A stretch of 64,000 nt of DNA from Lachnospiraceae bacterium. Its GTDB lineage: Bacteria; Bacillota_I; Bacilli_A; RFN20; CAG-826. The stretch covers positions 1,219 to 65,218 of the forward strand of contig CAVKLJ010000003.1 in NCBI GenBank assembly GCA_963657245.1. The letters run 5' to 3'. A program made the translations under genes and the position numbers. The notes beneath the pieces were generated by a model, which ran no database searches, had not been told where the DNA came from, and was given only the letters and a program-made list of their open reading frames with translations. Shown here in pieces: positions 18,373 to 28,900 of this stretch; within the stretch, counting starts at the first letter, position 1, and each line of letters begins with the position of its first letter.

Positions 18373-19456
18373 CTTTATTACCGCTTTCTAAGAGTTTTTG
18401 CTCTTGATCGAAGTGAATTAAAGCGTCGATAACTGGCTCTAATTCTCCTTCCATAACACGATCGAGTGTATTGGTCGTAAATCCAATACGATGGTCTGTA
18501 ACTCTATTTTGAGGGTAGTTATAGGTTCTAATCTTCTCACTTCTTTCACCAGTGCCAACCTTTAGTTTTCTTTCACTGTCTCTAGCTGTATCTTCGAGCG
18601 ATTGATAATAGTCTTTAACCTTGGCTCTAATCATACGCATACAAATTTCTTTGTTTTGTAATTGGGCTTTTTCTGTTTGGCAAGAAACAACGATGCCTGT
18701 CGGAATGTGTGTAACTCTAACGGCAGATTCTGTTTTATTAACGTTCTGTCCACCTGCACCTTGTGAACGATACGTATCAACTTTCAAATCTGCAGGGTTA
18801 ATTTTGACATCAACTTCTTCTGCTTCAGGCATAACGAGGACTGTCGCGGTTGACGTGTGTATACGGCCTGAGGCTTCAGTTCTAGGAACGCGTTGGACGC
18901 GGTGTGCGCCACTTTCAAATTTAAGCTTTGAGTAAACATTCTCGCCTTTGACCATGAAAGAAACGTAGGAATATCCGCCAGAGCTTCCTTCTTCTCCATC
19001 GATGAATTGAATTTTCCAGCCCTGTTCTTCGCTATAACGAGCGTACATTCTTAAAAGATCGCCAGCAAAAATATTTGCCTCGTCTCCTCCGACTGCTCCA
19101 CGAATTTCAACAATGATGTTCTTAGAATCGTTAGGATCGACAGGGATAAGTTCAACACGAAGCTGCTCTTCCATTTTTTCCATCTCTTGCAACATTGCTT
19201 TTCTTTCTTCTTTAAGGACTTCGACCAGATCCTTATCTTCGCCAGCAGAAATGAGTTCCAAAGCGTCTTTTGCATCGCTTTCTAGCTTTTCGTATTTTAA
19301 AAAGGCTTCATAAGGCCCTTCTAAAGAGGCTCTCTCTTTGGAAAGACTCGTTAATTTTGCAATATTATCCGAAATGGAAGGATCGGCTAATTCTTCATCG
19401 ATCTCCTCATGTCTTTTCTTGATGACTTCAAGTCGTTTACGCATGCTTTCTTCCAT
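18356..19456 (-). CDS. prfA: peptide chain release factor 1
   Basis: GGQ motif (QGAGGQNVNK) and the PxT-type RF1 context. Full length. Confidence 0.95.
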   Translation of the reverse strand: MEESMRKRLEVIKKRHEEIDEELADPSISDNIAKLTSLSKERASLEGPYEAFLKYEKLESDAKDALELISAGEDKDLVEVLKEERKAMLQEMEKMEEQLRVELIPVDPNDSKNIIVEIRGAVGGDEANIFAGDLLRMYARYSEEQGWKIQFIDGEEGSSGGYSYVSFMVKGENVYSKLKFESGAHRVQRVPRTEASGRIHTSTATVLVMPEAEEVDVKINPADLKVDTYRSQGAGGQNVNKTESAVRVTHIPTGIVVSCQTEKAQLQNKEICMRMIRAKVKDYYQSLEDTARDSERKLKVGTGERSEKIRTYNYPQNRVTDHRIGFTTNTLDRVMEGELEPVIDALIHFDQEQKLLESGNKDAENK

Positions 19457-19579
19457 AAAACTTCTCCAAAACCAAACTATTTTAGCATAATTTCTACTCT
19501 ATCTAATAGCAAAGAAAAGCCCATCTTCTAACTAGTTAGAATAGGAAGAAAAATGTATAATAAGAAACGGTAACAAAAT

Positions 19580-21346
19580 ATGTCATATAAAGCTCTGTAT
19601 TTAAAGTATCGCCCGCAAACATTTGATGAGGTTGCTGGGCAAAGCGTTATAGTTCGCACATTAAAAAACGCATTAGCCAACGATAAAATGGCTCATGCTT
19701 ATCTTTTTGCCGGTCCAAGAGGCACTGGCAAAACGACAATGGCTAGACTTTTAGCCAAAGCGCTTGACTGTGATGAAGGCGTTGGTCATCAATGCAATCA
19801 TTGCTCTAACTGCCAAGCAATTTCCGATGGATCACATCCGGACGTTATTGAAATCGACGCCGCATCAAATAATGGTGTTGATCAAGTTCGTGAATTAATC
19901 GAGAAGGTATCTTATGCTCCAATCAAGGGAAGATACAAGGTCTATATCATCGATGAAGTTCATATGATGACGGACGCCGCCTTCAATGCCTTACTTAAGA
20001 CTATCGAAGAACCACCGGAGAGGGTTATTTTCATCCTCTGCACGACCGAACCATATAAAGTTCTTCCAACGATTCTTTCCCGTTGTCAAAGATTCGACTT
20101 CGGAAAAATTCCTGAAGATGACATGGAAAAGAAACTCATTGAAATCTTACAAAAAGAAAATGCCTCATTCGATAAAAAAGGCCTTCGTCTTGTAATGAAG
20201 CTTTCCGATGGAGGCATGCGTGATGCTCTCTCTATCCTTGATCAAGTTTTGGCTTATTCAACCTCTTCCTTACGCGAAGAAGATGTCCTTGCAATATTCG
20301 GTCTTGCATCTGATGCTGAGAAAGTAGACTTGTTACTTTCTTTACGTGATGGAGATGTGGCTAGAGTTGTTGGAAAAACCGAGGCATACCTTGCTGGTGG
20401 TATCGATATTAGAAGACTCGTCTCAGAACTCATCACTTTCTTAAAAGATCTTCTTGTTTATGAAAAAACACAAGATCAAAGCTTGATGGAAGAGTTATCT
20501 CTTGAAGATGCAAAGGAACTTTCAAAAAGAATCGGTCCGAAAGACTGCAACTCAATGTTGCTGGAATTTATCAATGCCCAAAACGATTTCAAAAACGTTT
20601 CTGACGTCCGTTCTCTCTTTGAATTAACCTTGATTAGAATTGCATCAAAGAGTGGCAATGATGAACCACAAGTTTCTGCTCCAGTTAAGAAGGAAACTCC
20701 TAGAGTTGTTGAAGCAAAACCTCAGCCAATTCAAAAGCCAACTCCTGCGCCAGAACCAGTAAAAATCCAAAAACCAGTGGAAGAACCCCCATCAAATGAT
20801 GGAGCGCCTGATTGGTTATTTGAAGAAGATAAACCAATTTCTTCTACGCCTGTCGCCCCAAAGCCAAAACCAGCACCGGCTCCAAAACCTGTTGCTCCAC
20901 TTGATACATCGGGCATATCTAGGCCTAATATTGCAAGTGAAGGAGTTCAATTCAACATTGAAGATAAGCAACTAATCAACATCATGATTCTTGCAGATAA
21001 AGCTGAAAGAACCTCCCTTGTAAACTCATGGAAGAGATTAGAGCCTTTACGTTTAGATCCAAAGCTTGGGCCTTTAGCAAACCTTCTTTCGGAAGGAAAA
21101 CCTTATGCCCTTTGTCACGATGCCCTGATTCTCTCATACAGACTTCAAAGCAAGGCTAAGAAGGCAAATATCGTTGCCAATCAACAACCATTGCAAGAGC
21201 TTTTAGCAACAATACTAGGAAGAAAAGTCTTCATCTATGCCGTTGACCCAGAAGTTCAAATGAGAATTCAAACAACCTTCTTCTCGATGCAACAACTTTC
21301 ATCCTTGCCAAAGAAAGAAGAAGTCGAGCTCATATTACCAAAGTAA
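19580..21346 (+). CDS. dnaX: DNA polymerase III subunit gamma/tau
   Basis: YRPQTFDEV, Walker A GPRGTGKTT, Zn module CxxC, SRC motif. Pro/Lys-rich linker before the C-terminal domain. Confidence 0.95.
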   Translation: MSYKALYLKYRPQTFDEVAGQSVIVRTLKNALANDKMAHAYLFAGPRGTGKTTMARLLAKALDCDEGVGHQCNHCSNCQAISDGSHPDVIEIDAASNNGVDQVRELIEKVSYAPIKGRYKVYIIDEVHMMTDAAFNALLKTIEEPPERVIFILCTTEPYKVLPTILSRCQRFDFGKIPEDDMEKKLIEILQKENASFDKKGLRLVMKLSDGGMRDALSILDQVLAYSTSSLREEDVLAIFGLASDAEKVDLLLSLRDGDVARVVGKTEAYLAGGIDIRRLVSELITFLKDLLVYEKTQDQSLMEELSLEDAKELSKRIGPKDCNSMLLEFINAQNDFKNVSDVRSLFELTLIRIASKSGNDEPQVSAPVKKETPRVVEAKPQPIQKPTPAPEPVKIQKPVEEPPSNDGAPDWLFEEDKPISSTPVAPKPKPAPAPKPVAPLDTSGISRPNIASEGVQFNIEDKQLINIMILADKAERTSLVNSWKRLEPLRLDPKLGPLANLLSEGKPYALCHDALILSYRLQSKAKKANIVANQQPLQELLATILGRKVFIYAVDPEVQMRIQTTFFSMQQLSSLPKKEEVELILPK

Positions 21347-21366
21347 ATTTTTAAGGAGAAAAACCA

Positions 21367-21669
21367 ATGAACCAAATGCAACAAATGATCATGCAAGCTC
21401 AAAAAATGCAACGCCAACTTCAAAAAGCAATGGCTGAGCTTGAATCAAAAGAATTCGTCGTTGAAAAAGCAGGACTTGTCACAGTTACTTTAACTGGTGA
21501 TAAGAAAGTTAAATCAATCGTTATCGATAAAGACGCTTTAAATCCCGACGATGCTGATATGATCCAAGATACAATCGTCTCCGCTCTTAACGAAGCGCTC
21601 GAAAAAATCAGTGATGAAACAAATAGAATCAACGAAGAAATCACTGGACGTGGAACAGGATTGTTCTAA
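21367..21669 (+). CDS. ybaB: nucleoid-associated protein YbaB/EbfC
   Basis: 100-aa protein between dnaX and recR, with Q/M-rich N-terminus and conserved fold pattern. Confidence 0.9.
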   Translation: MNQMQQMIMQAQKMQRQLQKAMAELESKEFVVEKAGLVTVTLTGDKKVKSIVIDKDALNPDDADMIQDTIVSALNEALEKISDETNRINEEITGRGTGLF

Positions 21670-22265
21670 TGAAAGAATTAGCCTCATTACAAGCTTTAAT
21701 AGATTCTTTTAGCAAACTTCCTGGCGTCGGAGTCAAATCCGCAGAAAGAATGGCTTATGCCGTTTTGAATTTTAGCAATGAAGATCGTGATGAATTTGTA
21801 AAATCCATCAAAGACATCTCCAACAAAATTCATAAATGTCCTAAATGCGGAATGTACACCGAAAACCCATCTGAATGTGATATTTGCCTAGACCAAGAAA
21901 GAGATCATCACCTCATTTGCGTAGTCAGTGAAGTAAAAGACGTTTTCGCCATTGAGAAAATGAATTCCTTTAAAGGGGTTTATCACATTCTTGGCGGATC
22001 GATAAATCTCGCCAAAGGAATTGGCGCGGAAGAGTTAAGAATCGGCTCTCTTTTAAAAAGAGTCCCCGAAGAAGAAATTAATGAGGTCATCCTTGCTACA
22101 AACTCAACGATGGAAGGAGAAACAACAGCCCTTTTTATCGCTAAGTTACTAGAAGGAAAAGTTACAGTCACAAGATTAGGCTACGGCCTCCCTATGGGAC
22201 TCGCCCTAGACTATGCAGACCCTATGACCTTAAATAAGGCTTTTGAGGGCAGAAAGAAGATTTAG
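21669..22265 (+). CDS. recR: recombination protein RecR
   Basis: HhH (LPGVGVKSAERMA), C4 zinc finger CPKCG...CDIC, Toprim domain. Confidence 0.95.
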   Translation: MKELASLQALIDSFSKLPGVGVKSAERMAYAVLNFSNEDRDEFVKSIKDISNKIHKCPKCGMYTENPSECDICLDQERDHHLICVVSEVKDVFAIEKMNSFKGVYHILGGSINLAKGIGAEELRIGSLLKRVPEEEINEVILATNSTMEGETTALFIAKLLEGKVTVTRLGYGLPMGLALDYADPMTLNKAFEGRKKI

Positions 22266-22267
22266 TT

Positions 22268-22888
22268 ATGTTTATTACATTTGAAGGCGGAGAAGGTTCA
22301 GGTAAAACAACTTGCATAAAACATGTTGTCGAAACCCTCGAAAAAGAAGGAAAGACAGTCATTTTAACTAGAGAACCCGGCGGAACACCTATTTCCGAAG
22401 AAATAAGAAACGTCATTCTCGATAAAAAGAACACGGATATGGATCCTCGCACCGAAGCATTACTTTACGCCGCTTCGAGAAGACAACATATTGTTCAAAA
22501 AATCATTCCTTCGCTTAAAGAAGGCAAAATCGTCATAAGCGATCGTTTCCTTGACTCTTCTTTAGCCTATCAAGGTGGAGCAAGAGGACTTGGAATCGAA
22601 GGAATATACAATATAAATCAATACGCTACAGAAGGATTAGAACCTGATGTAACCTTCTTTTTTGATATTGAGCCAGAAGAAGGGTTAAATCGAATTGCCG
22701 CAAACGCCGGAAGAGAGGTAAACCGTCTTGATGTTGAGAAATTATCTTTCCATCATGCCGTAAGAAACGCTTTCTTAGAATTAGCAAAACGTAATCCAAA
22801 ACGTATTGTTGTTATCGACGCTTCAAAAGACAGAGAAAGCGTATATCAAGCGGTTATAACAGAAATCGAAAAGAGGTTAGCCAATTAA
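22268..22888 (+). CDS. tmk: thymidylate kinase
   Basis: P-loop FEGGEGSGKTT, DRF motif (SDRFLDSS). Confidence 0.95.
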   Translation: MFITFEGGEGSGKTTCIKHVVETLEKEGKTVILTREPGGTPISEEIRNVILDKKNTDMDPRTEALLYAASRRQHIVQKIIPSLKEGKIVISDRFLDSSLAYQGGARGLGIEGIYNINQYATEGLEPDVTFFFDIEPEEGLNRIAANAGREVNRLDVEKLSFHHAVRNAFLELAKRNPKRIVVIDASKDRESVYQAVITEIEKRLAN

Positions 22889-23889
22889 TGAAGTTTGAAG
22901 ACTATTTGCAAACATATCAGCCATTAGTTTATAGAACTTTTAGAAACGCCTTAGAAAGCGGAAAGATTGCTCACGCTTATCTTCTTTCCGGAGAAGGAGG
23001 CATTCCTCTTTTAGAGACCGCTAAATTCATTGCCAAGTCTCTTCTTTGCGATAATCCTTCCCCTCTTGCATGTAATTCCTGCCTCTCTTGCAAAAGAGTT
23101 GACCACGGAACATATGCAGACTTCATCATCTTAGATGGCAGAGAAGGCCAAATCAAAAAAGGCGATGTTCAAGAAATAGTCGGGGATTTTTCCAAGACCC
23201 CAATTGAGGCAAAAGGCATCATGATTTATATCATCAACCTCGTTGAGAATATGAATCTTCAAGCCATCAACTCTTTGCTTAAATTTCTTGAGGAGCCACC
23301 GGATAAAACCTATGCGATATTAACAACGGAAAACGAAACAAAAGTCTTACCAACAATCATTTCCCGTTGTGAGAAATTAAGAATGACCCTTGTTCCAAAG
23401 GAAACAATTAAAAACGAAGCAATAAGTCTAGGCGTAAAAGAGGAAGACGCAGAATTGCTCGTTAACTTCTATAACAATGCCGAAATCCTAAAAGAAAAAA
23501 GCCTAGATGATGGTTATCTTCTCCTAAAAGATCTTTGGTTAAAAACACTAGATACATTAGGAAACGATTTGTCTTTAGCTGTATTCACCTTTGAGAATCA
23601 AATAATACCAGCCTTAGCAAATTCGAAAAAAGCTTCGAACATGTTGAATGCATATTCATATCTAGATATGTTGGCTCTTGCCTTTAAAGATGCTATATCC
23701 AAAAAAGAAGGGCAAGCGATTTTCCTTAAAGGATATGACTCCTATATCGATAAAATTGCTTATCGTCTTCCACATTTAGAAACATCTTTAACCGAAATCC
23801 TAAAAATTCGTAGTATTCTTACTACTAACATCAACTCCTCATTGGCTTTGATGCATCTCATCTTGTTTATCACAGAGGAAAATATATGA
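22888..23889 (+). CDS. holB: DNA polymerase III subunit delta'
   Basis: HAYLLSG, Zn module C..C..C, SRC motif. Syntenic after tmk. Confidence 0.85.
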   Translation: MKFEDYLQTYQPLVYRTFRNALESGKIAHAYLLSGEGGIPLLETAKFIAKSLLCDNPSPLACNSCLSCKRVDHGTYADFIILDGREGQIKKGDVQEIVGDFSKTPIEAKGIMIYIINLVENMNLQAINSLLKFLEEPPDKTYAILTTENETKVLPTIISRCEKLRMTLVPKETIKNEAISLGVKEEDAELLVNFYNNAEILKEKSLDDGYLLLKDLWLKTLDTLGNDLSLAVFTFENQIIPALANSKKASNMLNAYSYLDMLALAFKDAISKKEGQAIFLKGYDSYIDKIAYRLPHLETSLTEILKIRSILTTNINSSLALMHLILFITEENI

Positions 23890-24911
23890 TCACAAATTTC
23901 ACTCACTTTGTCTCCGTCCGTTTCCCTAACGGTGAAAAATCCTACTACTTTGGAACAAACGATCCAGATTTAGAAGTAGGCACATATGTCATTGTCGATA
24001 CCGTTTCAGGTTTTGAAATGGGAATCGTCACGGCCGCTCCAATAAGCATGAAGCTTTATAATTCCAAATTAGAGCTTAAAGCCGTTATTCGTAAGGCCAA
24101 TAGTGAAGATTTAGAAGACTACGAAATGGCTAAGAAACAAGCTAGGGTTTCTCTTCAAATTGCTGATCGTGAAGCCAAGAAACTTAACCTTGGCATGACC
24201 TTTGTTGACGCTGGCTACACCCTTGATGGTTCAAAGATAACCATCACTTATACTGCCGATGGTCGCGTTGACTTCCGTGAATTATTAAGAGTATTGGCTG
24301 CTCAGCTTAAATGTAGAATCGAATTACATCAAATTGCCCCAAGAGATAAAGCCAAAGCCGTTGGTGGCTTAGGCATTTGTGGCCTTCCATTATGCTGTTC
24401 TACCTTCCTTAAATCGTTTGATGGCATCTCTATTTCGCGTGCTAAAAATCAGATGCTTACATTGAACATCCCTAAGCTTTCTGGCCAATGCGGAAGATTA
24501 AAATGCTGCCTTCTTTTTGAAGATGATATGTATACCGAAGCTAAGAAATCTTTTCCCCGCATCGGAGATAAAATTCATCTTCCTACAGGTGATTATACGG
24601 TAAGTTCATATAACATCATGTCTAGTTCAATCAAAGTCCAAAGTGAGGATGACGTGCAATTTCTTACCTTAGAGGAATATAACAAGATCTTGCATCCAAA
24701 CCTTGTAAAGCCTCAGCAAAAGAAAGATCAAAATAACAAGCAATCTTTCCAAAAGAAGGACAATCAACAACCTCAAAGAAAAGACAACCAACAGCAAAAG
24801 AGGGACAACCAACAAAATAACAAGCCTCAAAATAGAAACAACAATCAGCAAAGAAGAAATAATAACCGTCATCCAAATAACAAAAACAAAGGAAATCCTA
24901 ATAATGCTTAA
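23886..24911 (+). CDS. yaaT: PSP1-domain protein YaaT/RicT with Q/N/K-rich C-terminal tail
   Basis: PSP1 domain with Cys cluster (GICGLPLCCSTF...GQCGRLKCCL). Syntenic after holB (ATGA overlap). Confidence 0.85.
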   Translation: MITNFTHFVSVRFPNGEKSYYFGTNDPDLEVGTYVIVDTVSGFEMGIVTAAPISMKLYNSKLELKAVIRKANSEDLEDYEMAKKQARVSLQIADREAKKLNLGMTFVDAGYTLDGSKITITYTADGRVDFRELLRVLAAQLKCRIELHQIAPRDKAKAVGGLGICGLPLCCSTFLKSFDGISISRAKNQMLTLNIPKLSGQCGRLKCCLLFEDDMYTEAKKSFPRIGDKIHLPTGDYTVSSYNIMSSSIKVQSEDDVQFLTLEEYNKILHPNLVKPQQKKDQNNKQSFQKKDNQQPQRKDNQQQKRDNQQNNKPQNRNNNQQRRNNNRHPNNKNKGNPNNA

Positions 24912-25764
24912 ACGTGAGCTTAACTTTCAAGGAGACACTCCTTTACTTTATCTAATTGCCACGCCGATTGGCAATCTTGAAGAATTCACTCCTCGAGCAA
25001 TAAATATTCTCAAAGAAACGGATTATGTCGCCTGTGAAGATACACGTAACTCAGGTCTTTTGCTCAAGAGATTTGGTTTTGATTTGCCTCTAATTTCTTG
25101 TCACGAACATAACGAAGAAAAAGCTACAGAGAAAATTCTTTCCCTAATGAAAGAAGGAAAAAGGATCGCCTACATGTCTGATGCAGGCTATCCAATAATT
25201 TCTGATCCAGGAGAAAGGCTTGCAAGGAGAGTTCTCGAAGAAGGATACAAAGTCTCCGTAATAAATGGTCCTAATGCAGGATTATGCGCTTTGGTAGGTT
25301 CAGGAATTCCTAGCAAGCATTTCTACTTCTTTGGCTTCTTAGAAAGCAAACCATCGACAAGAAAGAAACAATTAGAATCCTTAAAAGATTTCCGCGATAC
25401 AATCATCTTCTATGAATCTCCACATAGAATTGAAGACACATTAAAAGATATGGCAGCAATCCTTGGAGAGGATAGACAAGCCTCTCTAGCAAGAGAGTTA
25501 ACAAAAACTCACGAAGAATATATACGTGGAACGTTAGGTGAATTAAAAGGCGTTGCTCCAGAAACAATCATTGGCGAAATTGTCATCGTTGTTGAAGGTG
25601 CAAAAACCATCGAAAAAGAACTTAGTGATGAAGAAATAGTCGGGCTTTTGCAGGGAAAATTGGAAAATTTGAAAAGCAAAGATGCAATAAAAGAAATTGC
25701 AAACGAGTATTCTATCCCTAAGAACAGAGTTTACGATATTTATTTAAAGAATTGGAAAAATTAA
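24904..25764 (+). CDS. rsmI: 16S rRNA (cytidine1402-2'-O)-methyltransferase
   Basis: TP-methylase fold motifs (LYLIATPIGNLEE, CEDTR, YESPHR). Syntenic after yaaT. Confidence 0.9.
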   Translation: MLKRELNFQGDTPLLYLIATPIGNLEEFTPRAINILKETDYVACEDTRNSGLLLKRFGFDLPLISCHEHNEEKATEKILSLMKEGKRIAYMSDAGYPIISDPGERLARRVLEEGYKVSVINGPNAGLCALVGSGIPSKHFYFFGFLESKPSTRKKQLESLKDFRDTIIFYESPHRIEDTLKDMAAILGEDRQASLARELTKTHEEYIRGTLGELKGVAPETIIGEIVIVVEGAKTIEKELSDEEIVGLLQGKLENLKSKDAIKEIANEYSIPKNRVYDIYLKNWKN

Positions 25765-25774
25765 TCGAATGAAT

Positions 25775-25805
25775 AATGGTCGTCATATTGGTGACCATTT
25801 TTCTT
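25775..25805 (+). terminator. intrinsic terminator closing the dnaX-rsmI block
   Basis: AATGGTC(25775-25781) ... GACCATT(25793-25799) followed by TTTTTC. Confidence 0.65.
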
Positions 25806-25910
25806 TACGGTTTTTCCTAATACATTCCCTGATATTTTTGTCTCTTAAACGAAAAATGATGTCACATGCTCTATAATTAAGAAAAGCAAAAGATTGGCGG
25901 TGAATGGCAT

Positions 25911-28900
25911 ATGTCTATTAAATTAGATGATCTTGAAACATTTAAAAAACATAGAAATAAAATATCCGAGTCCTTGACAAGCGAATTTGTTGGTAGGCAA
26001 AAAGAAATAAATGACATTTGCAACCTGTTATCACAAAAAGATTTCGTCGCCATAACTGGTTCTGCAGGAATAGGTAAAAGCAGGTTAGCGGTGGCTGCAA
26101 TAGAAAAATATGTTTCCGAAAACAAAAACATTACGGTATTATGTGTCAAAAGCTTTGGCGATTATATATCAGCAATCGAAGACTCCATAGAAGATTCTAA
26201 AAAATATCTTTTCTTTATCGATGACGCAAATGACTACAAAAAACTTGGAGAGTTGATTGAGTGTTTGAACTATTGTAAACAAGACAATGTGAAAGCCGTT
26301 TTTACTGTTAGAGATTACCTAAAAGATTGCATTGATGATGAATCGATCGTTTTTTATGAAGTTCGTCCTCTTAATAACAAAGAAATCAAAGAAGTTATAA
26401 AAGAAAACACTCCTATTAAAAGTGATAAATGGTTGAATAAGATCGCAGATATTTCAAAAGGTAATGTAAGGCTTGCTTCTATAATTGCTGACGTTGCATT
26501 AAAAGATGAAAAGGACTTTGCTAGTCTCTTTAATGTCCAAAACATAATGAATTCTTTCTATAAAGAACAAATCGCTAAAATGAATGGTTCTAGCAATTTG
26601 TTAATTACGGCTGGAATAATTTCTTTCTTTAGAACCACCTATCTAAATCAGTTATTTTATATCTCGCCAATCTTAAAACTTGCTGGCATCACCAAACAAG
26701 AATTTTTACATTATGTTGATACCTTGATATCGATGGAATTAGTTGATGAATGCGTTGGCGTTGTCAAAATATCAGATCAATGCTTTGCCGACTATTTGCT
26801 CAATTACGTTTTCATCGAGAAAAAATACATAAAAATCAAAGATTTGATCGTGAGCACGTACAAATACTACGAAAAAAGAATAGTCGAATCATTGAATGCA
26901 ATTTTAAGCACATGTTTAACCGATGACTCAGTGTCTTATCTTAAAAATGAACTTCTCAATTCTTATTCTTCGATAGAAGATATTGAGTTAAAAAACAAGA
27001 TTGAAGTTGCTTTCGCACCGCTTACACTTGACCACGCTGCTATGGAATTTAAAAACGGGGTCGAAAGCTATTCTGACAAAAAAGATATCGGATGGCTTCT
27101 TGAATTATTTAAAACTCTCGCAAAAACGGAATATCAATCGGTAGCAAATGAAGGAATCATGCGTCTTTTAAAAAAGACGGGCACAAATAAAATACACGTG
27201 TTCAAAGCGATTGATGATGCATATTCGCTTGATTATGATAGCGTTAGATCATCTTTCGTGTATCTCGATTCTTTTGTTTGTTATTTAATCGATCACCGTA
27301 TCAATGATGAGCCTTTATTGTTATTAGTTTCATCTTATCTTAAATATTCGTTTAGAGATTCCAGGTTTATCGGCAATAAAAGACTCGAATTTTGCGCGTT
27401 TAATGTAAGAGACGATATGAGCAAAATCATACCTTTCAGAAGAAAATGTTGGGATTACATCTTTGAATATGGAAAGGATAAGTCGCTTGATGCAATCATT
27501 GATTTTGCCAAGTATCATATCGCGGAAGATAATCAAAAAATAATGCAATCTGATCTCGAAGCAATAAACAAACATTTAGAAAATCTAGAAAATAAAGATC
27601 TGATCTATGCAGTCTTATGTGAAGAGTTCAAAGATGATGCCAAAAATTATAACTTTGAGAATATGCTTTATTCGAGCGCAAAACATAGCGACATTCTCAA
27701 AATTATTTTGGAAAAACCTACGAACGGCCAAAATTATGAAACATTTGAAAAGTCACACGAAGAAAACGTGAAAAGTTTTTATGTGGCAAACAAGTCAAAC
27801 ATCTTTGAAAAAATAAGAAATATCGATCTAATCTCCAATTATTATGCACAAGATATCAAAAATTTCCTTTCGATACTTATTCATTATCTAGATGAATTCT
27901 CTTCATCCATCTTAAGTGTCTTCGTAAGATACAAGGTTCATCCACTTTCTGTTGTAGAAAAAGCCTCATCTATTGTTGAATTGGAAACTTTATATAATGA
28001 AATAAAATCAATAGATGACTCAACTATGAGAGAAGAATATTTGTATGCTTTTTATTCATACATTAACAGCCAAAATAATGAAAATCTTTTTGGGTTTGAA
28101 ACTTGGATAAAATCAAAGCAAGATTTGGATACGAAGCCTATTTTTGGAAGAAATTTGCTTTCTTTAAGACAAATATCAGAAAATTCAGGTATTTCGTACG
28201 TTAAGTTAGTGAAAATCATCTTGAAAAAGAGACAATATAACGACGTTATTGCAAAGGAATATCTATCATGCATGTTTTTCAAAGAAAACGCATTCAAAGA
28301 ACTACTTAATTTAGATAGAGATTTAGCAATAGCCATATATGAATTTCTAATAGACCACGCAGAAAATGATTATAAGAATAAAGCGCTTAAAGAAATTATC
28401 AGCCTCAAGAGAAACTATATCAAAACCTTTGCCATAAGATATCTAGATGCCGAAACGATCGATGAAAACGGCTTAGATGAAATCATTTTCGATGACGATA
28501 ACTATAAGTTATTCTTTGACACATGTATAAATGCAGGCAAGGAAAAACTTCCTTACTTCTTCCCCTTAAACTTGCAACGGTTTGTCTCACATCATTTAGG
28601 AAACCAAAAAATGCTCGATTGGATTGAAGGCTATATAGATAAAAATCGAAATGATAACAAAGCCATGGAATCACTGTTTTCTGTCCTGGCTAGAATTGAT
28701 GATAAATACAAGAATGGCTTTATTATTAAATATTATGAGAGAGGCAAGGACGAAGAAGTTTTAAAATGCGCTTTATCCAACGTATGTGTATCTTATTCGC
28801 TGAATTCTGCTGAATCTTATTTGACAATTAAGATAAAAAACCTAGCGTCCTTAAAAGCGAGTTTAATCAAATGGGACAATCTAAATCTGGTTTCTTTCAT

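Noticed and set aside
19457-19579. Expected SRP RNA (ffs/scr) upstream of dnaX, as in B. subtilis.
   Set aside because: Only 123 bp of AT-rich DNA is present. No GGAA-containing domain IV-like helix or conserved SRP motif is visible.
20171-20182. A-run (GAT AAA AAA GGC) in dnaX as a possible gamma-subunit -1 frameshift site.
   Set aside because: The heptamer is not in the X_XXY_YYZ register (T AAA AAA). It lies at codon ~198 inside the AAA+ module, far upstream of where tau/gamma truncation occurs. No downstream stem-loop.
23886-23889. Possibility of Mollicutes genetic code 4 (TGA = Trp).
   Set aside because: TGA closes holB in an ATGA overlap with yaaT, and likewise at 30927-30930. All conserved proteins are full-length under code 11.
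24664-24876. Two ~70-aa minus-strand ORFs opposite the yaaT tail.
   Set aside because: Artefacts of the CAA/AAC-rich low-complexity DNA. The translations are L/V/F repeats.
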